DNA of 64,000 nucleotides from Piromyces finnis finn. Its lineage: Eukaryota > Fungi > Neocallimastigomycota. The notes under the pieces were generated by a model. It saw only the letters and a list, made by a program, of their open reading frames with translations, was not told the DNA's origin and did no database searches. Both the position numbers and the translations under genes were made by a program. How positions within the stretch are numbered: the stretch's first letter is position 1; each line of letters begins with the position of its first letter. The DNA is taken from positions 248,001 through 312,000 of the forward strand of contig MCFH01000005.1 in assembly GCA_002104945.1 (NCBI GenBank), written 5' to 3'. This document shows, one piece after another, positions 48,101-63,100 of this stretch.

Positions 48101-51100
48101 GATTCCAAAAAATTAATTAATGAAAAGAAGGAGAAAATTGAATTTTTGGAAAAGAGATTAATTGAGAATGAAGCTAGGACAAGAGAAGTTGATAATGAGA
48201 AGCAAAAGAAGCTTGATGAGTTAATTTTACAAATCACTGAAATTGAAGAGATAATTGAATTTGAAAGAGAAAAATCTAATGATTTAGAAGTGGCTGTTAA
48301 GGAAGAAAAGGAAAAGGCTGAAAAATTAGAGAAACAACTTGCCAATTATGAAATTAAGTCAAAAGATGATTCTACTAGAAAACAAGTTGAAATTGATGAT
48401 TTAAAGCAACAAATTTCAGAAGCAAAGATTAAGGCCAAGAACTATGAAAATACAATTCTTGATAAGAAAGAAAAGATTGAAAAGTTAGAAAAGAGATTAG
48501 TAGAAAACGAAGCTAAATCAAAAGAACTTGAACTTTCAAAAAAGGTAGAAATTGAACGTTTAAATGAAAAAATTACTATAATTGAAAAGGCTATTGAAGT
48601 TGAAAAAGTAAAATCTAGTGATTTAGAAAAAATTGTTAAAGAAGAAAAGGAAAAGGCACAATTATTAGAACAAAAACTTAGTGATAGTGAAGTTAAAATA
48701 AAGGATGCTACTAATGAAAAACAAGAAAAAATTGAAAACTTACTTTTAAAGCTTACAGAAATTCAAAATAATGTTGAACAAGAGAAAGAAAGAGCAAATG
48801 GTTTAGAAAAACTATTAATTGAAAATGAAGAAAGGACAAGAAAGCTTGAAGATGAAAAGAATAATCAATTAAGAGCTCTATTCCCAATTGTTATTGAAAA
48901 AATTGTAAAAAATGAAAAGCAAAGAAATGAGAATTTACAACTTCAAGTTATTGAAAAAGTAAAATTTTCAGAAAAGCAAAAAGAAATTGATGAATTAAAT
49001 CGTCAAATTGATGATGCTAAGACAAAAGCACAAAATTATGAAAAAGAAGTTAATGAAAATAAGAATAAAATCAGTATTTTGGAAAAACAACTTACTGATA
49101 ACGAAGTTAAATTAAGAGAAATTGAGGATACTAAACAAGGTGAAATTAATACCCTTCTTCAAAAAATTATTGTCATTGAAAAAATTATTGAACATGAAAA
49201 AAGTAAAGCAGATGAATTAGAAGAGCAATTAAATGATAATTTAGAAAAATCTAAAGTTATTGAAATTGATAAGCAAAATATTATTGAAGATCTAACTCAA
49301 GAAATTTCTAAAAATAAGATAAAATTACAAGAATATAAAAATATCATTAAAAAGAAGAAGGAGAAAATTTCTGGATTAGAAAAACAATTGGAAGATTCTG
49401 AATTTCAATCCAAGGAATTATATGATTCAAAACAAAAAGAAATTAATAATTTGAACATTAAACTTGCTGAAATTAAAGAGATTTATGAAATTGAAAAAGA
49501 TAAGGTAGGTGAGCTAGAACAAAAGTTAAATGTCCATGAAATTCAATCTAGGAAAATAACTTTTGCGAAGGATGATGAGATTGAAGGATTAAAGAATCAA
49601 ATCGGAGAAGCAAATCGTAAAACAGAAGATTATGAGATTATAATTAAGGAACATAAATGTATGATAAATGATTTACAAAATCAACTAAATGAAAATATAA
49701 TTAAGTATAAAGAAATTGGAATAAAAAAGCAAAATGAAATTGAAAAATTAATTGAAAAGATTATTATTATTGAACGTAATGTAGAAGAAGAAAAAGCAAA
49801 AGCAAATAATTTGAAAAAAGTTGTTGAAGAAGAAAAAGCTAAAGCAAGTGATTTAAAAGAACAATTAAAGAATAATAAAGAGAAGTTTGAAGAAGTTGAA
49901 AATGCCAAGCAAGGTGAAATAGAGGATTTAGTAAGTAAAGTTACTGAGATTCAAAAGGTTGTTGAAAAAGAAAAGGAGAAAGCTAATAAATTAGAAAAAC
50001 AACTAGCTGAAAATGAAGAAAAGACCAAACAGCTTGAAGATGATAAGAAAAAGCAATTGAAAACTTTAATTCCAATTATTATTAGTAAAATTGTTCAAAA
50101 TGAAAAAGACAAGAATGATTTTGTTAATCTTCAAAATCTTGAAATAGCTAAACAAAAGGAAAACGAAGGATTAACTAAGGATATAAACAAGGCTAAGGAA
50201 AAAATGCAAAATTATGAAAGAATGATTAAGGAATATAAGGGTGAAATTTCTAATTTGAAACAACAATTAGAAGATAATGAACAAATAGCTAAAAAAATGA
50301 ATGATTCAAAGCAAAATGAGATTCAACAATTAATTGAAAAAATTGCAATTGTTGAAAAAATCGTTGAGAATGAAAGAACAAAAACTAATGATTTAGAAGA
50401 AAGGTTAGTTGAAAATGCAGAAAAATTTAGAGTCATAGAAAATAACAAGCAGGATGAAGTTGAAAAACTAAATAAAGATATTAATAATGCAAATGATAAA
50501 GTCCAAAGTTATGAAAAAATGATTGAAGAAAATAAAAAAAGAATTGCTATATTGGAAAAGCAACTTGCTGACAGTGAAACAATTAATAAAAAGATTAGTA
50601 GTGATAAACAAAGAGAAATTAATAATTTAAATTCTAAACTCCTTGAGGTTGAGAGAATATTTGAAATGGAGAAGGAAAGAGCTAATAATTTAGAACAAGA
50701 ATTAATTAATTATGAAATTGAATCCAGGGAGGCTGTAAACGAAAAAGATAATAAAATTAACAAATTAATTCTTAAGATATCTGAAATTGAAAAAGTTGTT
50801 GAAAAAGAAAAAGAAAAATCAAATGATTTAGAGGTTCAATTAGCAGTCAATGAACAGAGAACAAGGGAGCTTGAAGTTGAAAAGAAGAATCAATTACAAT
50901 CATTAATTCCATTTATTATTCAAAAAATCGTTGCAAATGAAAAAAATAAAAATAATATAATAGAATATCAATGTAGTGAAAATAAGAGAATTAAAACTTT
51001 CCAATTAGAAAAACAAAATGAAATTAATAATTTAAATCTTCAGATAGAAAACTATGAAAAAATAATTGATAATCATAAGAATGAAATTTCTAATCTGAAG

Positions 51101-54100
51101 CAACAATTGCAAGATAATGAAGAAAAAGCTAAGGAAGAAAGTAATTCAAAACAAAATGAAATTCAACAACTAATTGAAAAGATAACTATCATTGAAAAAA
51201 TTGTTGAAAATGAAAAGTCCAAAGCTGATGATTTAGAAAATCAACTTGCTGATAAGGAAATTAAAACAAAAGATGTTGAAGATGCAAAACAAAATGAAAT
51301 TGATGCTTTAAATTTTAATATTTCTGACTTGAATCGTCAAATTGGTAATGCCAAAAATAAGATAGCCTCTTTAGAAAAGCAATTAATTGATAGTGAAATT
51401 AGAAATAAAAAAATTAATGATGCCAAACAAAATGAAATTGAACAATTAACTAAAAAGATCACAATTATTGAGAAAATTGTTGAAGAAGAAAGAGAGAAAG
51501 CCAATGAATTAGAAGACCAATTAGCTGATAATATGGAAAAATCTAGAGTTGTAGAAAATGACAAACAAGATGAAATTGATCGTTTAAATCGTGAAATTGC
51601 TGATGCTAATGCTAAAGCTCAAGATTATGAAAAAATGATAGATGATAATAAATCTAAGATAGCTACTTTAGAAAAACAACTTATTGATACCGAGGCCAAA
51701 TCCAAAGATATTAGTGAAGCTAAACAAAATGAAATTCAACAATTAATTGAAAAGATTGCTATTGTTGAAACTATTGTTAAACAAGAAAAAGAAAAGGCTA
51801 ATAATTTAGAAAAACAACTTAAAGATACTGAGTTGAAGACTAGAGATGTTGAAAACCTTAAGCAAAATGAAATTGATGCATTAAACAATAATATTAATGA
51901 TTTGAATGGTCAAGTTAGTAGTGCAAAAAATAAAATTAAGGCATTAGAAGAACAATTGCAAGATAATGAAGAAAAAGCTAAGGAAGAAAGTAGTTCAAAA
52001 CAAAATGAAATTCAACAACTAATTGAAAAGATAACTATCATTGAAAAAATTGTTGAAAATGAAAAGTCCAAAGCTGATGATTTAGAAAATCAACTTGCTG
52101 ATAAGGAAATTAAAACAAAAGATGTTGAAGATGCAAAACAAAATGAAATTGATGCTTTAAATTTTAATATTTCTGACTTGAATCGTCAAATTGGTAATGC
52201 CAAAAATAAGATAGCCTCTTTAGAAAAGCAATTAATTGATAGTGAAATTAGAAATAAAAAAATTAATGATGCCAAACAAAATGAAATTGAACAATTAACT
52301 AAAAAGATCACAATTATTGAGAAAATTGTTGAAGAAGAAAGAGAGAAAGCCAATGAATTAGAAGACCAATTAGCTGATAATATGGAAAAATCTAGAGTTG
52401 TAGAAAATGACAAACAAGATGAAATTGATCGTTTAAATCGTGAAATTGCTGATGCTAATGCTAAAGCTCAAGATTATGAAAAAATGATAGATGATAATAA
52501 ATCTAAGATAGCTACTTTAGAAAAACAACTTATTGATACCGAGGCCAAATCCAAAGATATTAGTGAAGCTAAACAAAATGAAATTCAACAATTAATTGAA
52601 AAGATTGTTATTATTGAAAAGATTGTTGAAGAAGAAAAAGCGAAGGCTATTAATTTAGAAGAACAATTAGAAGAAAATATGGAAAAATCAAGAGTCATTG
52701 AAAATGATAAGCAAGATGAAATTGATCGTTTAAATAATGAAATTGATAATGCTAATTGCAAGGTTCAAAATTACCAAAAAATGATTGATGATAACAAGAG
52801 CAAAATTTCAAAATTAGAGAGTCAATTAGTTGATAATGAAATCCAAACAAGAGAAATTTATGGCATAAAACAAAATGAAATTCAACAATTAACTGAAAAA
52901 ATTACAATTATAGAAAAAATTGTTGAAAATGAAAAAGCTAAAGCTAATGCCTTAGAAAAGCAACTTGCTGATACTGAAGTTAAGTCTAGAGAAGCTGATA
53001 CCGCCAAACAAGATGAAATAGATAAATTAAATAATAATGTTTATATATTAAATTATAATATTAATAATTTGAATCGTCAAATGGGTAATGCCAAGAATAA
53101 AATTGCATCTTTAGAAAAACAGTTAGCCGATAATCAAGTTAGAACTAAAGAAATTAAGAATGCTAAGCAGAGAGAAATTCAAGAACTAATTGAAAAGGTT
53201 AATATTACTGAAATAATTATTGAACAAGAAAAAGCTAAAGCAAATAGTTTAGAAAGTCAACTTATAGATGTTGAAATTAAGTCTAAAGACATTGAAAATG
53301 CTAAACAAGATGAAATTAATATGTTAAATCGTAATATTAAAGATTTAAATAGTCAAATTGATAGTGCAAAAGAAAAAATAAATAATTTGGAAAATCAACT
53401 TTTTGATAATGAAGAAAAGGCTAATAAAGATAATGATGCTAAACAAAAAGAAATTCTACAATTAATTGAAAAAATCGCAATTATTGAGAAAATTGTTGAA
53501 GATGAAAGAAAAAAAGCCAATGAATTAGAAGACCAATTAGCTGATAATATAGAAAAATCTAGAGTTGTAGAAAATGACAAACAAGATGAAATTGATCGTT
53601 TAAATCGTGAAATTGCTGATGCTAATGCTAAAGCTCAAGATTATGAAAAAATAGTTGAAGATAACAAGAAAAAGGTTATTGAATTAGAGAAACAGCTTGC
53701 TGATAATGAATTAAGAACCAGAGAACTTAATGATTCCAAGCAAAATGAGATTGAAAAGTTAATTGAAAAGATTACTATCATTGAGAAGATTGTTGAAAAT
53801 GAAAAAGAAAAGGCTTGTCAGTTAGAAAAACAATTAGTTGATTATGAAATTCAATCCCGAGAAGCTGATGAAGCTAAACAAGATATTATTGACTCTTTAA
53901 ACCATATCATTAATAATAAGCAAGATTCTATCGATTCTTTAAATTGTAAGATTGGTGATTTAAATAAGCAAGTTAAAGATGCAAGCACAAAGGCTCAAGA
54001 ATATGAAAAGATGATTAATGATGCCAAGGATAAGATTTCAAATTTAGAAAAACAACTATTGGAAAATGGAATTGAAGCTAGAAATATCAATGAGGCCAAG

Positions 54101-57100
54101 CAAAATGAAATTAAACAATTAATTAAAAAGATCACAATAATTGAAAAAATAATTAATGATGAAAGAGAAAAAGTTAATGAATTAGAAAATAAATTAGCTG
54201 TTTATTCTATAGAGGTTGATATTGCTAAACAAAATGAAATTGATGCCTTAAACTTTAATGTAGCTGATTTAAAGCGTCAAATGGGTAATGCTAAGAATAA
54301 AATTGCGTCATTACAAAAACAATTAACAGATAATAATGCTAAAACCAAAGAAATTAAAGATTCTAAACAAAATGAAATACAAAAATTAAATAAAAATATT
54401 ATTATAATTAAGAATATTGTAAACGATCAAAAAGTAATAATTAATAATTTAGAAAGGGAACTTTATGATGAAAAGAAAAAAATGTGTATTTTAGAAGAAC
54501 AATTATCAGAAAGTGAAAAGAAAAATAGAGAAGTAGATATTATTAAACAAAATAAAATTTATATATTAAATTGTAATATTGACGATTTGAATTGTAAAAT
54601 TGCTAATGCTAATGAAAAGATACTAGATTATAAAATGAAAATTGAAGAACATAAAAATCAAATCAGTATATTAGAAAAACAACTTATTGAAAATGATAAT
54701 AAATCTAGAGCATTGAATGATTCCAAACAGAATGAAATTCAAAAATTAATGGAAAAGATTACTACAATTGAAAAGGTTGTTGAAGATGAACGAAAAAAAG
54801 CTAATGAATTAGAAGATCAATTAAATGAAAACATGAAAAATGCTAGAGCTGTTGAAAATTATAAACAAAATGAAATTGATGTTTTAAATAATGAAATCAT
54901 GATCGCTAGGGAAAAGGCAAAGCAATATGAAAAAGAAGTTAAAATTGCTGAAGAAAAAATTTCAAGTTTAGAAAATCAACTTATTGAGAATGAGGAAAAG
55001 GCTAGAAAACTAAGCGACAATAAACAAAATGAAATTCAACAATTGCTTGAGAAAATATTTATAATTGAAAAAGTAGTAGAGCAAGAGAAGGAAAAAGCTG
55101 GTAATCTTGAAAATACTATTCAGCAAGAAAAGAAGAAAGTTAAGGATTTAGAAGAACAGTTATATGAAAGTGAAGTTAGATCTAAAGAAATTGACTTAAA
55201 AAAGCAAAGTAGAATTGATTCATTAAATCGTGAAATTTGTGATAAGGATGAAATAATTAATTCATTAAATGGACAAGTAGAAGATGCTAAGAATAAGATT
55301 TCTGAATTAGAAAAGCAACTTTCTAATAATGAAATCAAATCCAAAGAAGAGAATGAATCTAAGAAAAATGAAATTAATATGTTAGTCAAGAAGATTACAG
55401 TTATTGAAAGAATTGTGGAAAGTGAAAGAGAAAAGTCAAAAGAATTAGAAGAGCAATTGAATGAAAATATGGAAAGATCAATTTTAATTGAAAATGATAA
55501 ACAAGATGAGATTGAATTATTAAATAGAAATATTGAATTATTAAATGAACAAATTGGAGAAGCAAATAAGAAATCAGAAGAATATGAGAGAGAGATTGAA
55601 GATGCTAAAAGTAAGATTTCTGAATTAGAAAAGCAAATTGCTGATAATGAAGTTAAATTCAAAGAAGAAAATGAAGTTAAGCAGAATGAAATTCAACAGT
55701 TAATTGAAAAGATTGCTATTATTGAAAAGATTTTAGAAGAAGAAAAGTCAAAGAATGATGATTTAAATACCAAATTAAATGAAAATGAAGCTAAATTTAG
55801 AAATGTAGAAGAGGCTAAAGGTGCTAAAGAAAATGAGATTGAAAGTTTAAAATTTAATATTCATGATTTAAATCGTCAAATTGGTAATGCTAAAAACAAG
55901 ATAGCTTCATTAGAAAAACAATTAATTGATAGTGAGATTAGAGGTAAAAATCTTAAAGATTCTAAACAGAATGAAATTCAACAATTAACTGAAAAGATTA
56001 CTATTATTGAAAAGATTGTTTATAATGAAAGAGAAAAGTCAAAAGAATTAGAAGAGCAATTGAATGAAAATATGGAAAGATCAATTTTAATTGAAAATGA
56101 TAAACAAGATAAGATTGAGTTATTAAATAGAAATATTGAATTATTAAATGAACAAATTAGAGAAGCAAATAAGAAATCAGAAGAATATGAGAGAGAGATT
56201 GAAGATGCTAAAAGTAAGATTTCTGAATTAGAAAAGCAAATTGCTGATAATGAAGTTAAATTCAAAGAAGAAAATGAAGTTAAGCAGAATGAAATTCAAC
56301 AGTTAATTAATAAGATTATTATCGTTGAAAGAATAATGGAAAGTGAAAGAGAAAAGAACAACGATTTAGAAAACCAATTGAATGAAAATATTGAAAGATC
56401 AGTTTTAATTGAAAACGATAAGCAAGAAGAAATTGATTCATTAAATCGTGATATTAATGAAAAGAGTAGTGTTATTGATTCATTAAATGAACAAGTTGAA
56501 GATGCTAAGAATAAGATTTTCGAATTAGAAAAGCAAATTGCTGATAATGAAATCAAATCCAAGGAAGAAAAGGAAAATAAGCAAAATGAAATCAATACAT
56601 TAATTAATAAGATTACCATTATTGAAAAGATTTTAGAAGAAGAAAAGTCAAAGAATGACGATTTAAAGAACAAATTAAATGAAAATGAAGTTAAATTTAG
56701 AGATTTAGATGTAGCTAAACAAGATATTATCGATACATTGAATCATGATATTAATGATAAAGAAAAATTAATTATTAATTTAAATAATAAGATAAAAAGT
56801 AATGATAACGATTATAAAAATATTCTTAGTAATTTACAGAATAAACTTGAAAAAAGTGAAAATAAATATAAAGAATTTAGTAGTGAAAAACAAAATGAGA
56901 TAAAAAAATTAATAGAAAAAATCACAATAATTGAAAAAATTGTAGAAAATGAAAAACAAAAAGCAAATAATTTAGAGAAAATTATTGATCATGAAAAACA
57001 AAAGGCCGCGGAATTAGAGGATCAATTAAATGAAAATTTAGAAATATCTAAGAATTTAAATGATCAAATAAAATTTGACAAGAACAAAATTACTAATTTG

Positions 57101-60100
57101 GAAAAGTTAATTTTAGATAATGAAATCAAGTCAAAAGAAGAAAATGAAAATAAACAAAATGAAATTAATATGTTAGTAAATAAGATCACAGTAATTCAAA
57201 GAATTATGGATAATGAAAGAGAAAAGTCTAAAGAATTAGAAGATCAATTAAATGAGAGTTTTGAAAGATCAATTATAATTGAAAATGATAAGCAAGAAAA
57301 AATTGAATCATTAAATCGTGATATTAATGAAAAGAATGATGCTATTGATTCATTAAACCGTGATATTAATGAAAAGAATGATGCTATTGATTCATTAAAC
57401 CGTGATATTAATGAAAAGAATGATACAATTGATTCATTAAACCGTGATATTAATGAAAAGAATGATGCTATTGATTCATTAAACCGTGATATTAATGAAA
57501 AGAATGATGCTATTGATTCATTAAATGGACAAGTTGAAGATGCTAAGAATAAGATTTCCGAACTAGAAAAGCAAATTGCTGATAATGAGGTTAAAGCAAA
57601 TGAAGAAAATGAATCTAAGCAAAATGAAATCAATAAATTAATTAAGAAGATTACTATCATCGAAAGAATCATGGAAAGCGAAAGAGAAAAGAATAACGAA
57701 TTAGAAAACCAATTGAATGAAAATATCGAAAAATCTATTATAATTGAAAATGATAAGCAAGAAGAAATTGATTCATTAAACCGTGATATTAATGAAAAGA
57801 ATAATACTATTGATTCATTAAACCGTGATATTAATGAAAAGAATGATGCTATTGATTCATTAAATGGACAAGTTGAAGATGCCAAGAATAAGATTTCAGA
57901 ACTAGAAAAGCAAATTGCTGATAATGAGGTTAAAGCAAATGAAGAAAATGAATCTAAGCAAAATGAAATCAATAAATTAATTAAGAAGATTACTATCATC
58001 GAAAGAATCATGGAAAGCGAAAGAGAAAAGAATAACGAATTAGAAAACCAATTGAATGAAAATATCGAAAAATCTATTATAATTGAAAATGATAAGCAAG
58101 AAGAAATTGATTCATTAAACCGTGATATTAATGAAAAGAATAATACTATTGATTCATTAAACCGTGATATTAATGAAAAGAATGATGCTATTGATTCATT
58201 AAATGGACAAGTTGAAGATGCCAAGAATAAGATTTCAGAACTAGAAAAGCAAATTGCTGATAATGAGGTTAAAGCAAATGAAGAAAATGAATCTAAGCAA
58301 AATGAAATCAATAAATTAATTAAGAAGATTACTATCATCGAAAGAATCATGGAAAGCGAAAGAGAAAAGAATAACGAATTAGAAAACCAATTGAATGAAA
58401 ATATCGAAAAATCTATTATAATTGAAAATGATAAGCAAAAAGAAATTGATTCATTAAACCGTGAAATTAATGAAAAGAATGATGCAATTGATTCATTAAA
58501 CCGTGATATTAATGAAAAGAATGATGCTATTGATTCATTAAATGGACAAGTTGAAGATGCCAAGAATAAGATTTCAGAACTAGAAAAGCAAATTGCTGAT
58601 AATGAGGTTAAAGCAAATGAAGAAAATGAATCTAAGCAAAATGAAATTAATAAATTAATTAAGAAGATTACTATCATCGAAAGAATCATGGAAAGCGAAA
58701 GAGAAAAGAATAACGAATTAGAAAACCAATTGAATGAAAATATCGAAAAATCTATTATAATTGAAAATGATAAGCAAGAAGAAATTGATTCATTAAACCG
58801 TGATATTAATGAAAAGAATGATGCAATTGATTCATTAAACCGTGATATTAATGAAAAGAATGATGCTATTGATTCATTAAACCGTGATATTAATGAAAAG
58901 AATGATGCTATTGATTCATTAAACCGTGATATTAATGAAAAGAATGATGCTATTGATTCATTAAACCGTGATATTAATGAAAAGAATGATACAATTGATT
59001 CATTAAACCGTGATATTAATGAAAAGAATGATGCTATTGATTCATTAAACCGTGATATTAATGAAAAGAATGATGCTATTGATTCATTAAATGGACAAGT
59101 TGAAGATGCTAAGAATAAGATTTCTGAACTAGAAAAGCAAATTGCTGATAATGAGGTTAAAGCAAATGAAGAAAATGAATCTAAGCAAAATGAAATCAAT
59201 AAATTAATTAAGAAGATTACTATCATCGAAAGAATCATGGAAAGCGAAAGAGAAAAGAATAACGAATTAGAAAACCAATTGAATGAAAATATCGAAAAAT
59301 CTATTATAATTGAAAATGATAAGCAAGAAGAAATTGATTCATTAAACCGTGATATTAATGAAAAGAATGATGCAATTGATTCATTAAACCGTGATATTAA
59401 TGAAAAGAATGATGCTATTGATTCATTAAACCGTGATATTAATGAAAAGAATGATGCTATTGATTCATTAAACCGTGATATTAATGAAAAGAATGATGCT
59501 ATTGATTCATTAAACCGTGATATTAATGAAAAGAATGATGCTATTGATTCATTAAATGGACAAGTTGAAGATGCCAAGAATAAGATTTCAGAACTAGAAA
59601 AGCAAATTGCTGATAATGAGGTTAAAGCAAATGAAGAAAATGAATCTAAGCAAAATGAAATTAATAAATTAATTAAGAAGATTACTATCATCGAAAGAAT
59701 CATGGAAAGCGAAAGAGAAAAGAATAACGAATTAGAAAACCAATTGAATGAAAATATCGAAAAATCTATTATAATTGAAAATGATAAGCAAGAAGAAATT
59801 GATTCATTAAACCGTGATATTAATGAAAAGAATGATGCAATTGATTCATTAAACCGTGATATTAATGAAAAGAATGATGCTATTGATTCATTAAACCGTG
59901 ATATTAATGAAAAGAATGATGCTATTGATTCATTAAACCGTGATATTAATGAAAAGAATGATGCTATTGATTCATTAAACCGTGATATTAATGAAAAGAA
60001 TGATGCTATTGATTCATTAAATGGACAAGTTGAAGATGCCAAGAATAAGATTTCAGAACTAGAAAAGCAAATTGCTGATAATGAGGTTAAAGCAAATGAA

Positions 60101-63100
60101 GAAAATGAATCTAAGCAAAATGAAATCAATAAATTAATTAAGAAGATTACTATCATCGAAAGAATCATGGAAAGCGAAAGAGAAAAGAATAACGAATTAG
60201 AAAACCAATTGAATGAAAATATCGAAAAATCTATTATAATTGAAAATGATAAGCAAGAAGAAATTGATTCATTAAACCGTGATATTAATGAAAAGAATGA
60301 TGCAATTGATTCATTAAACCGTGATATTAATGAAAAGAATGATACTATTGATTCATTAAACCGTGATATTAATGAAAAGAATGATGCTATTGATTCATTA
60401 AATGGACAAGTTGAAGATGCCAAGAATAAGATTTCAGAACTAGAAAAGCAAATTGCTGATAATGAGGTTAAAGCAAATGAAGAAAATGAATCTAAGCAAA
60501 ATGAAATCAATAAATTAATTAAGAAGATTACTATCATCGAAAGAATCATGGAAAGCGAAAGAGAAAAGAATAACGAATTAGAAAACCAATTGAATGAAAA
60601 TATCGAAAAATCTATTATAATTGAAAATGATAAGCAAGAAGAAATTGATTCATTAAACCGTGATATTAATGAAAAGAATGATGCAATTGATTCATTAAAC
60701 CGTGATATTAATGAAAAGAATGATACTATTGATTCATTAAACCGTGATATTAATGAAAAGAATGATGCTATTGATTCATTAAATGGACAAGTTGAAGATG
60801 CCAAGAATAAGATTTCAGAACTAGAAAAGCAAATTGCTGATAATGAGGTTAAAGCAAATGAAGAAAATGAATCTAAGCAAAATGAAATCAATAAATTAAT
60901 TAAGAAGATTACTATCATCGAAAGAATCATGGAAAGCGAAAGAGAAAAGAATAACGAATTAGAAAACCAATTGAATGAAAATATCGAAAAATCTATTATA
61001 ATTGAAAATGATAAGCAAGAAGAAATTGATTCATTAAACCGTGATATTAATGAAAAGAATGATGCAATTGATTCATTAAACCGTGATATTAATGAAAAGA
61101 ATGATACTATTGATTCATTAAACCGTGATATTAATGAAAAGAATGATGCTATTGATTCATTAAATGGACAAGTTGAAGATGCCAAGAATAAGATTTCAGA
61201 ACTAGAAAAGCAAATTGCTGATAATGAGGTTAAAGCAAATGAAGAAAATGAATCTAAGCAAAATGAAATCAATAAATTAATTAAGAAGATTACTATCATC
61301 GAAAGAATCATGGAAAGCGAAAGAGAAAAGAATAACGAATTAGAAAACCAATTGAATGAAAATATCGAAAAATCTATTATAATTGAAAATGATAAGCAAG
61401 AAGAAATTGATTCATTAAACCGTGATATTAATGAAAAGAATGATGCAATTGATTCATTAAACCGTGATATTAATGAAAAGAATGATACTATTGATTCATT
61501 AAACCGTGATATTAATGAAAAGAATGATGCTATTGATTCATTAAATGGACAAGTTGAAGATGCCAAGAATAAGATTTCAGAACTAGAAAAGCAAATTGCT
61601 GATAATGAGGTTAAAGCAAATGAGGAAAATGAATCTAAGCAAAATGAAATCAATAAATTAATTAAGAAGATTACTATCATCGAAAGAATCATGGAAAGCG
61701 AAAGAGAAAAGAATAACGAATTAGAAAACCAATTGAATGAAAATATCGAAAAATCTATTATAATTGAAAATGATAAGCAAGAAGAAATTGATTCATTAAA
61801 CCGTGATATTAATGAAAAGAATGATGCAATTGATTCATTAAACCGTGATATTAATGAAAAGAATGATGCTATTGATTCATTAAACCGTGATATTAATGAA
61901 AAGAATGATGCTATTGATTCATTAAACCGTGATATTAATGAAAAGAATGATGCTATTGATTCATTAAACCGTGATATTAATGAAAAGAATGATGCTATTG
62001 ATTCATTAAATGGACAAGTTGAAGATGCCAAGAATAAGATTTCAGAACTAGAAAAGCAAATTGCTGATAATGAGGTTAAAGCAAATGAAGAAAATGAATC
62101 TAAGCAAAATGAAATCAATAAATTAATTAAGAAGATTACTATCATCGAAAGAATCATGGAAAGCGAAAGAGAAAAGAATAACGAATTAGAAAACCAATTG
62201 AATGAAAATATCGAAAAATCTATTATAATTGAAAATGATAAGCAAGAAGAAATTGATTCATTAAACCGTGATATTAATGAAAAGAATGATGCAATTGATT
62301 CATTAAACCGTGATATTAATGAAAAGAATGATACTATTGATTCATTAAACCGTGATATTAATGAAAAGAATGATGCTATTGATTCATTAAATGGACAAGT
62401 TGAAGATGCCAAGAATAAGATTTCAGAACTAGAAAAGCAAATTGCTGATAATGAGGTTAAAGCAAATGAAGAAAATGAATCTAAGCAAAATGAAATCAAT
62501 AAATTAATTAAGAAGATTACTATCATCGAAAGAATCATGGAAAGCGAAAGAGAAAAGAATAACGAATTAGAAAACCAATTGAATGAAAATATCGAAAAAT
62601 CTATTATAATTGAAAATGATAAGCAAAAAGAAATTGATTCATTAAACCGTGATATTAATGAAAAGAATGATGCTATTGATTCATTAAACCGTGATATTAA
62701 TGAAAAGAATGATACAATTGATTCATTAAACCGTGATATTAATAAAAAGAATGATGCTATTGATTCATTAAACCGTGATATTAATGAAAAGAATGATGCT
62801 ATTGATTCATTAAATGGACAAGTTGAAGATTCTAAGAATAAGATTTCTGAATTAGAAAAGCAAATTGCTGATAATGAGGTTAAAGCAAATGAAGAAAATG
62901 AATCTAAGCAAAATGAAATCAATAAATTAATTAAGAAGATTACTATCATCGAAAGAATCATGGAAAGCGAAAGAGAAAAGAATAACGAATTAGAAAACCA
63001 ATTGAATGAAAATATCGAAAAATCTATTATAATTGAAAATGATAAGCAAGAAGAAATTGATTCATTAAACCGTGATATTAATGAAAAGAATGATGCTATT